From a virus: a stretch of 64,000 nt of DNA. The translations under genes were made by a program, and so were the position numbers. The number at the start of each line of letters is the position of its first letter. Within the stretch, counting starts at the first letter, position 1. Below the pieces are notes generated by a model. That model searched no databases. It had not been told where the DNA came from and worked only from the letters and a program-made list of their open reading frames with translations. This document shows positions 56,128 through 64,000 of this stretch, one piece after another. The stretch lies in the IMG/VR virus record IMGVR_UViG_3300048930_000409, positions 12,212-76,211 of that record; one strand, given 5' to 3'.

Positions 56128-57773
56128 TAGGCCGCCCCTTTCCAATAGGACTTCTTGGTGAGTGTGCCGAGGGTCTTCGGCCGAACTGGCGGTCGGTACA
56201 GTCTGGGAGCCAGCCCGCTGACCGCGTCAGGCCCGTCGTCATGGTCGGACGGGAACTGGTCATACTGCGCGAAAAACTCTGGATGGGTCTTCCGAAGGTG
56301 CCGCGCAAAGCGGATATGCCGGACCACGGGGTCCATCAGAGCCGGCTGCGAGTTCAGGATGCGCGTCATCTTCGAGACGGTATTGTCCACCGTATCGACC
56401 CGCACGGCAACTTTCTGGTTGAGCGCCTTCTTCCGCAACGCGTCGCCGTACAAGTTCTTGTACATGTTCTCTTCGACGGTCACCCGCGCCATCGTCCACT
56501 TGACGACCTCGATGATAGTGTCCATCTGCCGGTCGGGGGCGAGCTTGTGCATCTGGATGTCAAAGATCTCCACCCAGTTGTCTTTGGTCAAGCCGCCCGT
56601 CACCATGCAGAAGTAGTCCCGGTTGCCGCGCCGCATCTCACCGGGACGCTCGCCCCCGGCCGGGTCGACGTACGCCTTGACGAACCGGTACTCCTTCATC
56701 CGCGAGGCGTCCCAATCGATGTACTGGAACTCGTCGGTGCGGAACTCGATGTCCTCGGCGTTGCGGGCGAAGTTCAACATTTCTCGCGCAAAGGACAGGT
56801 CGCCCACCGTGGGGTCGGCTCGCAACTTGGCCAACTTGTCCAACGGCCAGACATCCGGCCACAACGCGGAGCCGTCATCCGTCCGGTTGCCCAACGGGAA
56901 CCGTTCTTCCTTCAACCGCATGTTGATGGCCCGCCACAGCAAGCCATCCCATTCCTCGGACGAGACCAGCGTGGCGATCAGACAGTCTTCGTGTGGAAGA
57001 TTCCCGATGACGAAGATGTCCCAATTGTCAGCGCCAAGGCCGATGAACGTGCCGCCGAACCACCGCTTGTGCTTCTGGCGCTTGTGGAACGTGTCGGCGG
57101 TTTCGGGGGACTCGGGGTCATCCAGAATCGCGAGATCAGGGCGGTGATTCTTAAACTTGACCCCGCGCATCTTGGACCCCATGCCCTTGGCCAAGATGGT
57201 GGCACCGGACTTGAAGACCAGCTGGTGGTCGGTCCATTTTGTGAACTGACCCTTGCGGTCGATAGCGGGAGCCAGATGAGGAAAATCATGTCGCAACTTC
57301 TCATTCTGCTCCAACTCCTCGATGATAGACTGCAGGTTGGCTTGGGCCGACGGCAACGACTCGCCGACCATCAACACAAACCATTTCTTCTTGTACGCCA
57401 GCTTCCACAGCGGCAGCGCCAGTCCGTACAACGTGGTCTTGCCGAACTTGCGGGGCGCGATGCGGGCCACCCGCTTGGCGACGCCAGGGTCTTCGGCGCG
57501 GTCCAGCAGGTCATCGTGCATCTCACAGAAGCCTTTGTCGAAGTGATGCGACAAATACTGTGCAATGAACGCCCTGAACGAATGTTCGGCGGCGGCGGCA
57601 TGCGCGGGGGGCGCCCATCGTTTGACACGGACGCGCAACGTCCTGATGGCGCCCTCCAGGAACTCCGCGCCCGTCGGCGGGTCCGGGGTCGGGGTCGCCG
57701 ACGGTCGGGGCACCACGCGCACTGCAGGACGTCCCATCAACGCCCCGCCCATCATGTCCTTAAGAAGCATCAT
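56127..57773 (-). CDS. terL: terminase large subunit
   Basis: APRKFGKTT, LAILDDPE, YVDPA, HDDGPDA; start uncertain. Confidence 0.92.
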   Translation of the reverse strand: MMLLKDMMGGALMGRPAVRVVPRPSATPTPDPPTGAEFLEGAIRTLRVRVKRWAPPAHAAAAEHSFRAFIAQYLSHHFDKGFCEMHDDLLDRAEDPGVAKRVARIAPRKFGKTTLYGLALPLWKLAYKKKWFVLMVGESLPSAQANLQSIIEELEQNEKLRHDFPHLAPAIDRKGQFTKWTDHQLVFKSGATILAKGMGSKMRGVKFKNHRPDLAILDDPESPETADTFHKRQKHKRWFGGTFIGLGADNWDIFVIGNLPHEDCLIATLVSSEEWDGLLWRAINMRLKEERFPLGNRTDDGSALWPDVWPLDKLAKLRADPTVGDLSFAREMLNFARNAEDIEFRTDEFQYIDWDASRMKEYRFVKAYVDPAGGERPGEMRRGNRDYFCMVTGGLTKDNWVEIFDIQMHKLAPDRQMDTIIEVVKWTMARVTVEENMYKNLYGDALRKKALNQKVAVRVDTVDNTVSKMTRILNSQPALMDPVVRHIRFARHLRKTHPEFFAQYDQFPSDHDDGPDAVSGLAPRLYRPPVRPKTLGTLTKKSYWKGAA

Positions 57774-58473
57774 CCGTCAGCACCTCGGCATCGATGGCGT
57801 CATCGTCGCGCCCCTTGCGTGCGGCCTGCTTCGGGTCCAGGGCGATGTGGCCCCAGGCGGTCTCGATCTTCTTGATGACCTCGGGGTCCTCGACATAGGT
57901 GGCCACGGCCAGGCCCATCAACTCCACCGCACGGCGGAACACGGCCAGCGACACGGTCCCGGTCTGGTTGATAGCATGCGCCCGCGAGATGAGCTTGCCG
58001 ACGCCGTCAATCAACTTCTGGACGTCGAACAAATCCGGCAACCGGGCAGGCATCGGGGCCTTCTGCCCCTGCTGCATGCGGGCGTGCCATTCCAGCAACG
58101 CCTCCTTGACGGCGTCGTAGTTGTCGACGTAGTCCAAAATCAACGCCCGCATCAACTGCGCCTCGGGCATCAGGTCCATCACGTCGGTGTCGGACGCGGA
58201 TACCTGATTGAGCCGCTCCCGGAGCGAGTGCCGCTTGATGGCGCTGTACCGGTTGGTGGTGACGCGGAGGTCGATTTCTGGAGGCTGTCGGACGAGCGCT
58301 GTGCTGCGAGCCGGGCTTCTTTCTTCTTTCGGAAGAACGCGGGGCTTCGCAGGCGCCACGGGACGCGCGTCCCGCGCAACGACGGCGGGGGCCACGCGCT
58401 TCCCAGGCTTGGGTGCCACCGGTGTTTTGCGGCGTTTGACTGGTCGATAGCCGTCGCGTCCGTCCACTGCCAT
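57760..58473 (-). CDS. probable terminase small subunit
   Basis: Directly upstream of terL; basic N-terminus, helical core; start uncertain. Confidence 0.6.
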   Translation of the reverse strand: MAVDGRDGYRPVKRRKTPVAPKPGKRVAPAVVARDARPVAPAKPRVLPKEERSPARSTALVRQPPEIDLRVTTNRYSAIKRHSLRERLNQVSASDTDVMDLMPEAQLMRALILDYVDNYDAVKEALLEWHARMQQGQKAPMPARLPDLFDVQKLIDGVGKLISRAHAINQTGTVSLAVFRRAVELMGLAVATYVEDPEVIKKIETAWGHIALDPKQAARKGRDDDAIDAEVLTDDAS

Positions 58474-59441
58474 GAGTTCGGGTCCAGGGTATAGAGAATC
58501 GTTGACGTGTAGGGTACACCATCGGCCCCGACACAGGGATACCGTTCCACCGGGTAACCGCGCACCATGATACGCCCGACGCGGAGCTCCCAGACAATCC
58601 ACGCAATCATCGCCGACGAGACGCCCAACGACGTCGCCAACGAGCCGTAAGTCGGCCACCGGTCGCGCGTCTCGGCATCCATCTCGACTTTCTGGATGGG
58701 TTGGCGCATGGTCCACCACGCCACGAGCGCGACCGTGTCGGGCCAGGCCCGGACCTGCACGCCCATGCCCTTGGTCGAGACCAGGATGACGCGCTGACCC
58801 TCCTCGGTGTAGACCCACGTCACCGCGCCGTACTCGGGCAGGCCCAGCCCTTTCCGGAACCGCGACCGCCACGCGGACCACTGCGCCCGCCCCGTCGCAA
58901 ACTGCGCCGAGCGGTCCGTCCGGGGGTACGCGGGCGGCGGCGTCAGGACACCGACCGGCCGGTCATTCAACAGCTTATGCTTGACACACCACGGCGAGGC
59001 CATGAACACCCCGACGGCATCCGGGGGGACCCAGGACGGGGTATGGGTGCCTTGCGGGGCGTCCTTCTTCTTCACCACGCGCACGGCGTTGGGGCACCCC
59101 GGCACCGTGCATCGAGGCCGCACGCTGTGGGGCAGGGCAATCGGCTTCTGCGACGTGGGGGAATGGTACCGGCGCAGGTCGCGGCACCGCCCGCACTCGG
59201 TGCGGTACCGGGCGACGCCGTTTCGGATTTCCTTGAACTGGGCGGGGCGGCCGCACTTGCACGCGGGCCGGGCCTTGCCTCCGCGGACCGTCGGCGTCAG
59301 GACAGTCGCGCGGGGCTGGTTCGGGCGAATGGGGGGCGGCGGCTCCCGCAACGGCGTCAGCACGTTGGGGAGCACGCCATCCAGCAACGCTTTCAACGGC
59401 GACGGGTACGCGGCCCGTGACGCCGGAGTCCGGCGCTTCAC
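58179..59441 (-). CDS. hypothetical protein with tandem zinc-finger-like motifs and possible HTH
   Basis: CKC..CGRC; CTVPGC..WCVKH; 3' end overlaps the TerS candidate. Confidence 0.5.
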   Translation of the reverse strand: MKRRTPASRAAYPSPLKALLDGVLPNVLTPLREPPPPIRPNQPRATVLTPTVRGGKARPACKCGRPAQFKEIRNGVARYRTECGRCRDLRRYHSPTSQKPIALPHSVRPRCTVPGCPNAVRVVKKKDAPQGTHTPSWVPPDAVGVFMASPWCVKHKLLNDRPVGVLTPPPAYPRTDRSAQFATGRAQWSAWRSRFRKGLGLPEYGAVTWVYTEEGQRVILVSTKGMGVQVRAWPDTVALVAWWTMRQPIQKVEMDAETRDRWPTYGSLATSLGVSSAMIAWIVWELRVGRIMVRGYPVERYPCVGADGVPYTSTILYTLDPNSWQWTDATAIDQSNAAKHRWHPSLGSAWPPPSLRGTRVPWRLRSPAFFRKKKEARLAAQRSSDSLQKSTSASPPTGTAPSSGTRSGSGSIRYPRPTPT

Positions 59442-59662
59442 GCGGTCCGCTCCGGGGGCGGGACGATTTCATCAATCTGACGCGCCAGCGAGGCCGACGC
59501 AACGCGAGGCCACTGTACGATGGTCGGGCCGGTCAGCACCTCGTGAACGCCGCGCAAGAACTTCTCCAACTCCTGGACGCGGGTTTCGAGATCGCGGATC
59601 TTTTTCTCCGCGGAACGGTGCTGTTGCTCGGCGGCGCGGTACATAGCGGATTCACTGTCCAT
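59438..59662 (-). CDS. small coiled-coil protein
   Basis: AAGG RBS; overlap coupling. Confidence 0.55.
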   Translation of the reverse strand: MDSESAMYRAAEQQHRSAEKKIRDLETRVQELEKFLRGVHEVLTGPTIVQWPRVASASLARQIDEIVPPPERTA

Positions 59663-60152
59663 CGGGCACCTTCACTTTGTGTCCCGTCATCGGGAAGATA
59701 TGCTGACAGTTGGGGCACTGCACGCGCCGATGCCGGTTCGTCGTGCCTCCGGTGCGGTCCTTGTTCTTGCCATACGTCGATGGCGGCGGATGTTGCGCGA
59801 AGTAGCGCTCCAGTTCGCCGGACGTCCATCGCTCGGCGATGGCCCGTTCCAGGACGCGGTCCCGCAGGTCGAGGTCCTTGATCCGCAACAGCATCTTGTG
59901 CGTGATCCAGGCCAGATGCGGCGCGGCTGGGCCCTCGGGGAAGGCTACGGCTACATCGTACAACGCGTGCAGGTGACTGCGACTCCGGCCCGTGATGCGG
60001 CTGGACGCCTTGAATCCGGGGTCCAAGGACCACCCCTGACCCCGGACCAGCCAGAAGCCTAGGTCCCAGGACGAGACGTCGTTGCGCCGCGCGTACATGC
60101 GGCCTTCTTCTTCCCACGCCGCGAACGACGGGCCAGGGTCCGGGCGCATCAT
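59652..60152 (-). CDS. LmbU-like DNA-binding regulator with C-terminal zinc ribbon
   Basis: SSWDLGFWL, VAVAFP, WITH, LERAIAERWTSGEL; CPNCQH. Confidence 0.6.
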   Translation of the reverse strand: MMRPDPGPSFAAWEEEGRMYARRNDVSSWDLGFWLVRGQGWSLDPGFKASSRITGRSRSHLHALYDVAVAFPEGPAAPHLAWITHKMLLRIKDLDLRDRVLERAIAERWTSGELERYFAQHPPPSTYGKNKDRTGGTTNRHRRVQCPNCQHIFPMTGHKVKVPDGQ

Positions 60153-60460
60153 CCTGGCAGAACTGAGCCCGGCAACGTCGGACCCGGATGCCGGGGCCAC
60201 TCCGGCGGCAGCGGCATCCACTCCACGATCCGGGCCGTCAGCGGCGCGTACTGCACGCCGTTGAACGTCAGGAATTGGCCGTGGAGGTCGCTCCACACGG
60301 CGACCGCGACGAACAGCTGGTTGGTCCGGCGCGACCAGGCCTTGACCAGCACCGGGTCGGCTGGGCTCGGGCCGTGGGGAATCGAGTGGGCGTCGTGCCA
60401 GACCAGGATCGGTGATTGGAGCCAGTCGGCGTGTCGAATCGGCAAGGGTTCGGTAGGCAC
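60149..60460 (-). CDS. DUF551-like hypothetical protein
   Basis: W...P...PVLV...EWMPLP. Confidence 0.55.
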   Translation of the reverse strand: MPTEPLPIRHADWLQSPILVWHDAHSIPHGPSPADPVLVKAWSRRTNQLFVAVAVWSDLHGQFLTFNGVQYAPLTARIVEWMPLPPEWPRHPGPTLPGSVLPG

Positions 60461-60715
60461 TCACTTATCCTCCGTGGGGTCATGCTTGGCCACCTGTGCG
60501 GCCCGTTGAATCAGGGCGCATGCGGTGCCAATCAACCGGCGGTACAAGGCCTCTTCGCTGAAATTCTGTTTTTTCGGAGGGGCGCCCCCGGATGTAAAGA
60601 TGATTTCCTTGTCCGTCACCGCATCGAGAAGCAGGCGCACTTCGTTGTCGGTGTACGGCCCGTTGGCCTCCATCTCGGTCAGGACGTCCATCCAGACACG
60701 CGTTGGGATATCCAT
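60461..60715 (-). CDS. hypothetical protein
   Basis: TGATG coupling. Confidence 0.55.
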   Translation of the reverse strand: MDIPTRVWMDVLTEMEANGPYTDNEVRLLLDAVTDKEIIFTSGGAPPKKQNFSEEALYRRLIGTACALIQRAAQVAKHDPTEDK

Positions 60716-61386
60716 CAGTACTCAACCCATCCCTGCGGCGTTTTCTTGACGCCTTGGGCTTTCAGTTGCCTGGGCGTCATCGCCTCGTACTTGGCGATCA
60801 TGTGCTCATTCGTACACAGGTAGACTGGCGCGGACGCGGCTTTCGCGGCGGGCTTCTGCGGAACGGCTTTCAAACGGCGCCTCGGTGCCGGGGTGGGGGC
60901 GGGTTTCTTGACCTTGCGGGGTGGGCGGGGCAGCACGGGGCGCGGCGGGCGTTCGGCGGCCAGCGCGGCAACGTGCGGGTTCGTCAGGGAGGGGATGTCC
61001 GACTTCGCGTGGCGGTGGCACGTCAGGGCGTAGCCGGGGGTGGCGGGGTCGGGCGGGCCGTAGATGTCGTAGGCATCGGCCTGCTCGGGGGTCATGTCCT
61101 CGATGTCCATCGAGGCGGGCATCCGGAGGGGATAGCGCCGGGCCACGCGACGGCAGCCGGGGACAGCACAGGTCGGCTCCTCCGTGGAGCGCGGCGGGGC
61201 TGTCATCGGATGCGGGGACTGCAAGGGATGGTTGCAGTGCCACGAGCACCACTTGCGGTACGAGGACACCACGGTGCCATCGGCGCGGGTGTAGCGCGAG
61301 CCAAGGGAGCGCGGGGCCGTACAGTTGGGGGCCTGGCACGGGGGGCGGTCATCGAGCGTCAGGGGGCGTCCATGCATATGCGGCAT
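60715..61386 (-). CDS. hypothetical protein with two Cx4C...Cx2H motifs
   Basis: CQAPNC..WCSWH; CAVPGC..TCHRH. Confidence 0.6.
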   Translation of the reverse strand: MPHMHGRPLTLDDRPPCQAPNCTAPRSLGSRYTRADGTVVSSYRKWCSWHCNHPLQSPHPMTAPPRSTEEPTCAVPGCRRVARRYPLRMPASMDIEDMTPEQADAYDIYGPPDPATPGYALTCHRHAKSDIPSLTNPHVAALAAERPPRPVLPRPPRKVKKPAPTPAPRRRLKAVPQKPAAKAASAPVYLCTNEHMIAKYEAMTPRQLKAQGVKKTPQGWVEY

Positions 61387-61433
61387 TATGCACCGTAGTG
61401 GTGGACGTGTCAACCGGGGAATATGTGGAATAA

Positions 61434-61670
61434 GGGGGGCGTTTCCGATTCGGTCTTCGCCCCCTACCCCCCCCCGCCACCCCCGGACCGCCCCGTTCCT
61501 TTTCTCTTTCTTATTCTATATATACCATTTTTACATTAAGTCTTTAAAAAGAAGAAGAAGGGAGGGGAAAAAAGAAGGAATGTGGGGGGGTCCGGACGGG
61601 GGGAGGGGGGTGTAAGGTTTGTGGGAAACGCCCCCCATTTACCGAAGGCACCCGAAGACCCCCGATTTTG
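61434..61670. other. origin-like quasi-palindrome B
   Basis: 13-bp inverted repeat 61434-61446/61624-61636 around C-rich, AT-rich and G-rich blocks. Confidence 0.55.
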
Positions 61671-61914
61671 CCGTAAAACTCAGGGTTTCGTGAAACTGCC
61701 TTAGGAAAATCGCGAATTGTGGGGGTAAAAATCCAGGCGTTTCAGGCCTGTCCGGGAGTGATATACCCCAGAACGGGCTGGTCATCGACCAGTGACCAGT
61801 GCCGGATTTTTGCTTAAGGTCCGAGGCAGGTGCTAATGGTGTACCGGGCGCCGCGACGGCCCCGGACGCAAAAACGGTCACCGGTGGGTGACCCCAACGA
61901 ACGGACACCGCATC

Positions 61915-62592
61915 ATGGCACGCGCCACCACCCGCACCCGCACCACGACCACGACCCCGGCCATCATCGACACCACGCCCGACGTGTCGGTCGACGTCGC
62001 CACCCCGACCGCCGTCGTCATCGCCGACCCCGTCGACGTCGTCGCGACCACGGCCGACGTGGTCCCGTTCGCCGACGGGTACCGGTTGGCGGTCGTCACC
62101 GCGACCCGCACGGTCGGGGACGCCGTGGAACCCCGGTTCACCCCGGACATCGTCGCGGCGTTGACGACCGCGCCGATGATCGCCATCGCCGCCGGCATGG
62201 ACGCCGTCCGCGACGTCGTCCGGACCCCGGCCGACATCGACGCCGCCGTGACCCGGTTCGACGCGGCGGCCGCCGCGTACCACGTGCCGACGTCCGCGAC
62301 CACGGTCAACGTCGGGCGGTACACCGGCCGGAAAATCATGGACGGCCAAAACGTGATGTACGCCATCGCCGCCATCGTCGGCGCACCCGACGCGGCCATC
62401 GCCGTGGCGTGGCGGGCGGAATGGCCGGGCGCCCGGTGCAATTTCGCGGTCCGCAACGACCACGTGACCACGACGCGCCCCGTCGTCAACCGTGGCGCCC
62501 ATGGGTGGACCAACGGACACGGCGGCACGGCCGACGTGGTTCGCGCGTGGGGTGGCCCGTTCCGGTGCCACGACGTGAAACCGAACGCGTAA
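61915..62592 (+). CDS. HTH-like paralog 3, encoded without any AG/CT
   Basis: VGRYTGRKIMDGQN...PDAAIAVAWRAEWP.A...HV..TR..VNRGAHG aligns to paralogs 1 and 2; followed by a hairpin. Confidence 0.75.
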   Translation: MARATTRTRTTTTTPAIIDTTPDVSVDVATPTAVVIADPVDVVATTADVVPFADGYRLAVVTATRTVGDAVEPRFTPDIVAALTTAPMIAIAAGMDAVRDVVRTPADIDAAVTRFDAAAAAYHVPTSATTVNVGRYTGRKIMDGQNVMYAIAAIVGAPDAAIAVAWRAEWPGARCNFAVRNDHVTTTRPVVNRGAHGWTNGHGGTADVVRAWGGPFRCHDVKPNA

Positions 62593-62604
62593 CCGTTCGG
62601 TGAC

Positions 62605-62636
62605 GGGTGGGGGCCGCGCGGCCCCCGCCCATGTTC
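62605..62636 (+). terminator. GC hairpin after paralog 3
   Basis: GGGTGGGGGCCG-CG-CGGCCCCCGCCC; similar hairpin at 62887-62910. Confidence 0.55.
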
Positions 62637-62659
62637 AACACGTAACCATCCGGTGATCC

Positions 62660-62879
62660 ATGCCCACCCCCGTTCCCGACCACGCACGTCGTGTTTACCG
62701 TCATCGATGCCGATGGCACCACCACCAAATCGTTCCCGACCACCGATGGCACGTTCGCCGCATATGGCGCCATGGCCGAATGGGCATCCGAACACGCCGC
62801 AGCCCGTGACACGTTTGTCACCGTGGTGTCTCCCATCGGGATCACGTTTACCGTGCCCAATCCGTACAATTACCGATGA
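62660..62879 (+). CDS. small hypothetical protein, apparent +1 indel near the start
   Basis: ATG 62660 joins ORF 62691-62879 if one C is removed from the C5 run. Confidence 0.4.
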
Positions 62880-62936
62880 CCCATTCGGGCGGGGGCCGCC
62901 CCCCCCGCCCATTCCGCAGTCCACGGAGCGCCCATC

Positions 62937-63044
62937 ATGAAGATTCAGTCCCCCGCAGTCCCCGGTCGCGCAGGCGACGGATGTCTCTCGGTCCTCTTCC
63001 TTGCTGGCTTTCTGGTCGCCCTCGGCCTCGGGATACTCGCATGA
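62937..63044 (+). CDS. small membrane peptide
   Basis: GGAG RBS; hydrophobic C-terminal half. Confidence 0.45.
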   Translation: MKIQSPAVPGRAGDGCLSVLFLAGFLVALGLGILA

Positions 63045-63202
63045 GCGACCAGTACTATCAGCACCTTGCCGAGGGCATGCAGGCCGCCGTCGAAGCTGCT
63101 CAGCGCAGACACGCGCAGATGAGAAAGGAGATGGCCGAGGAAGCCGCAGAAGACGAGGACCTTGGCGAGGACGACCCCGCCTGCCGAGATCCCCGAGCGT
63201 AG
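63041..63202 (+). CDS. small acidic hypothetical protein
   Basis: ATGA overlap; terminator follows. Confidence 0.5.
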   Translation: MSDQYYQHLAEGMQAAVEAAQRRHAQMRKEMAEEAAEDEDLGEDDPACRDPRA

Positions 63203-63207
63203 GACAG

Positions 63208-63234
63208 GAGCGAGCCCGCAGGGGCTCGTTCTTT
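63208..63234 (+). terminator. intrinsic terminator-like hairpin
   Basis: GAGCGAGCCC-GCAG-GGGCTCGTTC-TTT. Confidence 0.6.
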
Positions 63235-63246
63235 CGCGCTCACAGC

Positions 63247-63751
63247 CAGGGAAAGCTCTTCCTGGGTGCAGGCACCGCCTGGATTAGCGCAGCGACAAGG
63301 CCCAGCGCAGCCACAGTCAGCCGCAGCGCTTGCCCAGCCACAGCCAGGGAAAGCTTCCCCTATCGCCAGCGCCGTTCAGCCCCTCCAGGACGCGCGATGC
63401 GCCGCCCGTACGCCGGTATGCGCCCCGTGCCGTTCGTCGCTCCAGGACGCCCGCAGATGCCCGCAGGCCACGCCTTCCCGGCCGTCGGCCGACACCCCGA
63501 CACCCCGCCCCGCGCAGGGAAAGCTCTCCCTCCCGACCAGGGAAAGCTCTCCCTCGGCGCCGCCGCAGCGCGTGGAGCGACGCCTCCGCAGTCCACCTGA
63601 GGAACAGCTCTGCCTCGGCCGCAGTCGGAGGGCAGGAGCGAGGCCTCGGCGACGAAAGAAGCGAAGCCTCGCGGGAAAAGTCTTGGGTCCGCCGCTGCCG
63701 CCGCGTCGGAAACTTTCTATCTAAGCTAAGTCTAGATTCAGGGAAAGCTCT
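63247..63751 (+). repeat. CAGGGAAAGCT(CT) direct repeats
   Basis: Copies at 63247, 63345, 63515, 63538, 63739; degenerate copies near 63599 and 63671. Confidence 0.85.
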
Positions 63752-63889
63752 ATCTTAGTTAGGTAACCAGCGCTACCAATGCGTAATCGAGCGTTAACGT
63801 ATAGAATATTGTTCAAAGTGGTGAGTTAACGGTGTTAACCGAGATTATGCAGCCATCTGTTTTAGGAATGGCGGTTAAATAGGTTACTA

Positions 63890-63905
63890 CGTTCCACGTG
63901 GAACA
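63890..63905. promoter_or_regulatory. parS: parS site (15/16 match)
   Basis: CGTTCCACGTGGAACA. Confidence 0.8.
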
Positions 63906-63930
63906 ATCGGTGTGGTACGGATGAGGTGGA

Positions 63931-63946
63931 TGTTCCACGTGGAACA
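63931..63946. promoter_or_regulatory. parS: parS site (perfect palindrome)
   Basis: TGTTCCACGTGGAACA fits the bacterial chromosomal parS consensus. Confidence 0.85.
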
Positions 63947-64000
63947 ATGATGGGTAGGGCTTGTTCTGCAGAAGCTGCCTGACCATCCGTGTTGGCGGGG

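Larger units (their letters stand above)
61835..62800. other. AG/CT dinucleotide-free domain
   Basis: Line-by-line scan: last CT at 61833-34, next AG at 62801-02. Confidence 0.9.

Noticed and set aside
48312-57875. Long + strand ORFs opposite the structural genes (e.g. 48312-50264, 51018-52916, 56106-57875)
   Set aside because: Antisense shadow frames typical of high-GC DNA; no motifs, and they overlap clear genes.
61835-62800. AG/CT absence as a by-product of Ala/Thr/Val/Asp-rich composition
   Set aside because: The absence extends to leader, hairpin, codon junctions and the next ORF, and every Leu/Glu/Lys/Gln uses the AG/CT-free codon.
63001-63758. ORFs across the repeat block
   Set aside because: Low-complexity translations of the repeats that run through a terminator; treated as non-coding.
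1-64000. Integrase/att sites, reverse transcriptase or DGR, alternative genetic code
   Set aside because: No recombinase or RT motifs recognised; genes tile normally under the standard code with all three stops used.

Overview
This window is most of a high-GC tailed (siphovirus-type) phage genome; it starts inside a gene and shows no host genes. The + arm (1-25.7 kb) carries small early genes, an SNF2-type helicase, a RuvC-like resolvase, a PD-(D/E)XK exonuclease, a nucleotide/DNA-modification cluster, a Sak4-like ATPase, an acidic SSB-like protein, a family A DNA polymerase and a TOPRIM primase-helicase. The modification cluster comprises a flavin oxidoreductase, a dUTPase/MazG-HAD fusion, a motif-altered ThyX, a TAGT-like glycosyltransferase and an Nmad1-like protein. 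The - arm (61.4-25.8 kb) carries terminase, portal, head, neck, tail and lysis genes. A short divergent + unit and a regulatory region lie at 61.4-64 kb. I recognised no integrase, tRNA or CRISPR array. The most striking signal is a 966-nt stretch (61835-62800) with no AG or CT dinucleotide, which encodes one of three paralogous HTH-like proteins. It sits beside an AG/CT-enriched repeat block and two chromosomal-type parS sites. Several promoter-like windows are also AG/CT-free, and three of them are bracketed by CTGCAG palindromes. I infer a dinucleotide-specific DNA hypermodification system with a modification-free bootstrap gene. All annotation is by eye from motifs and synteny; no searches were run.
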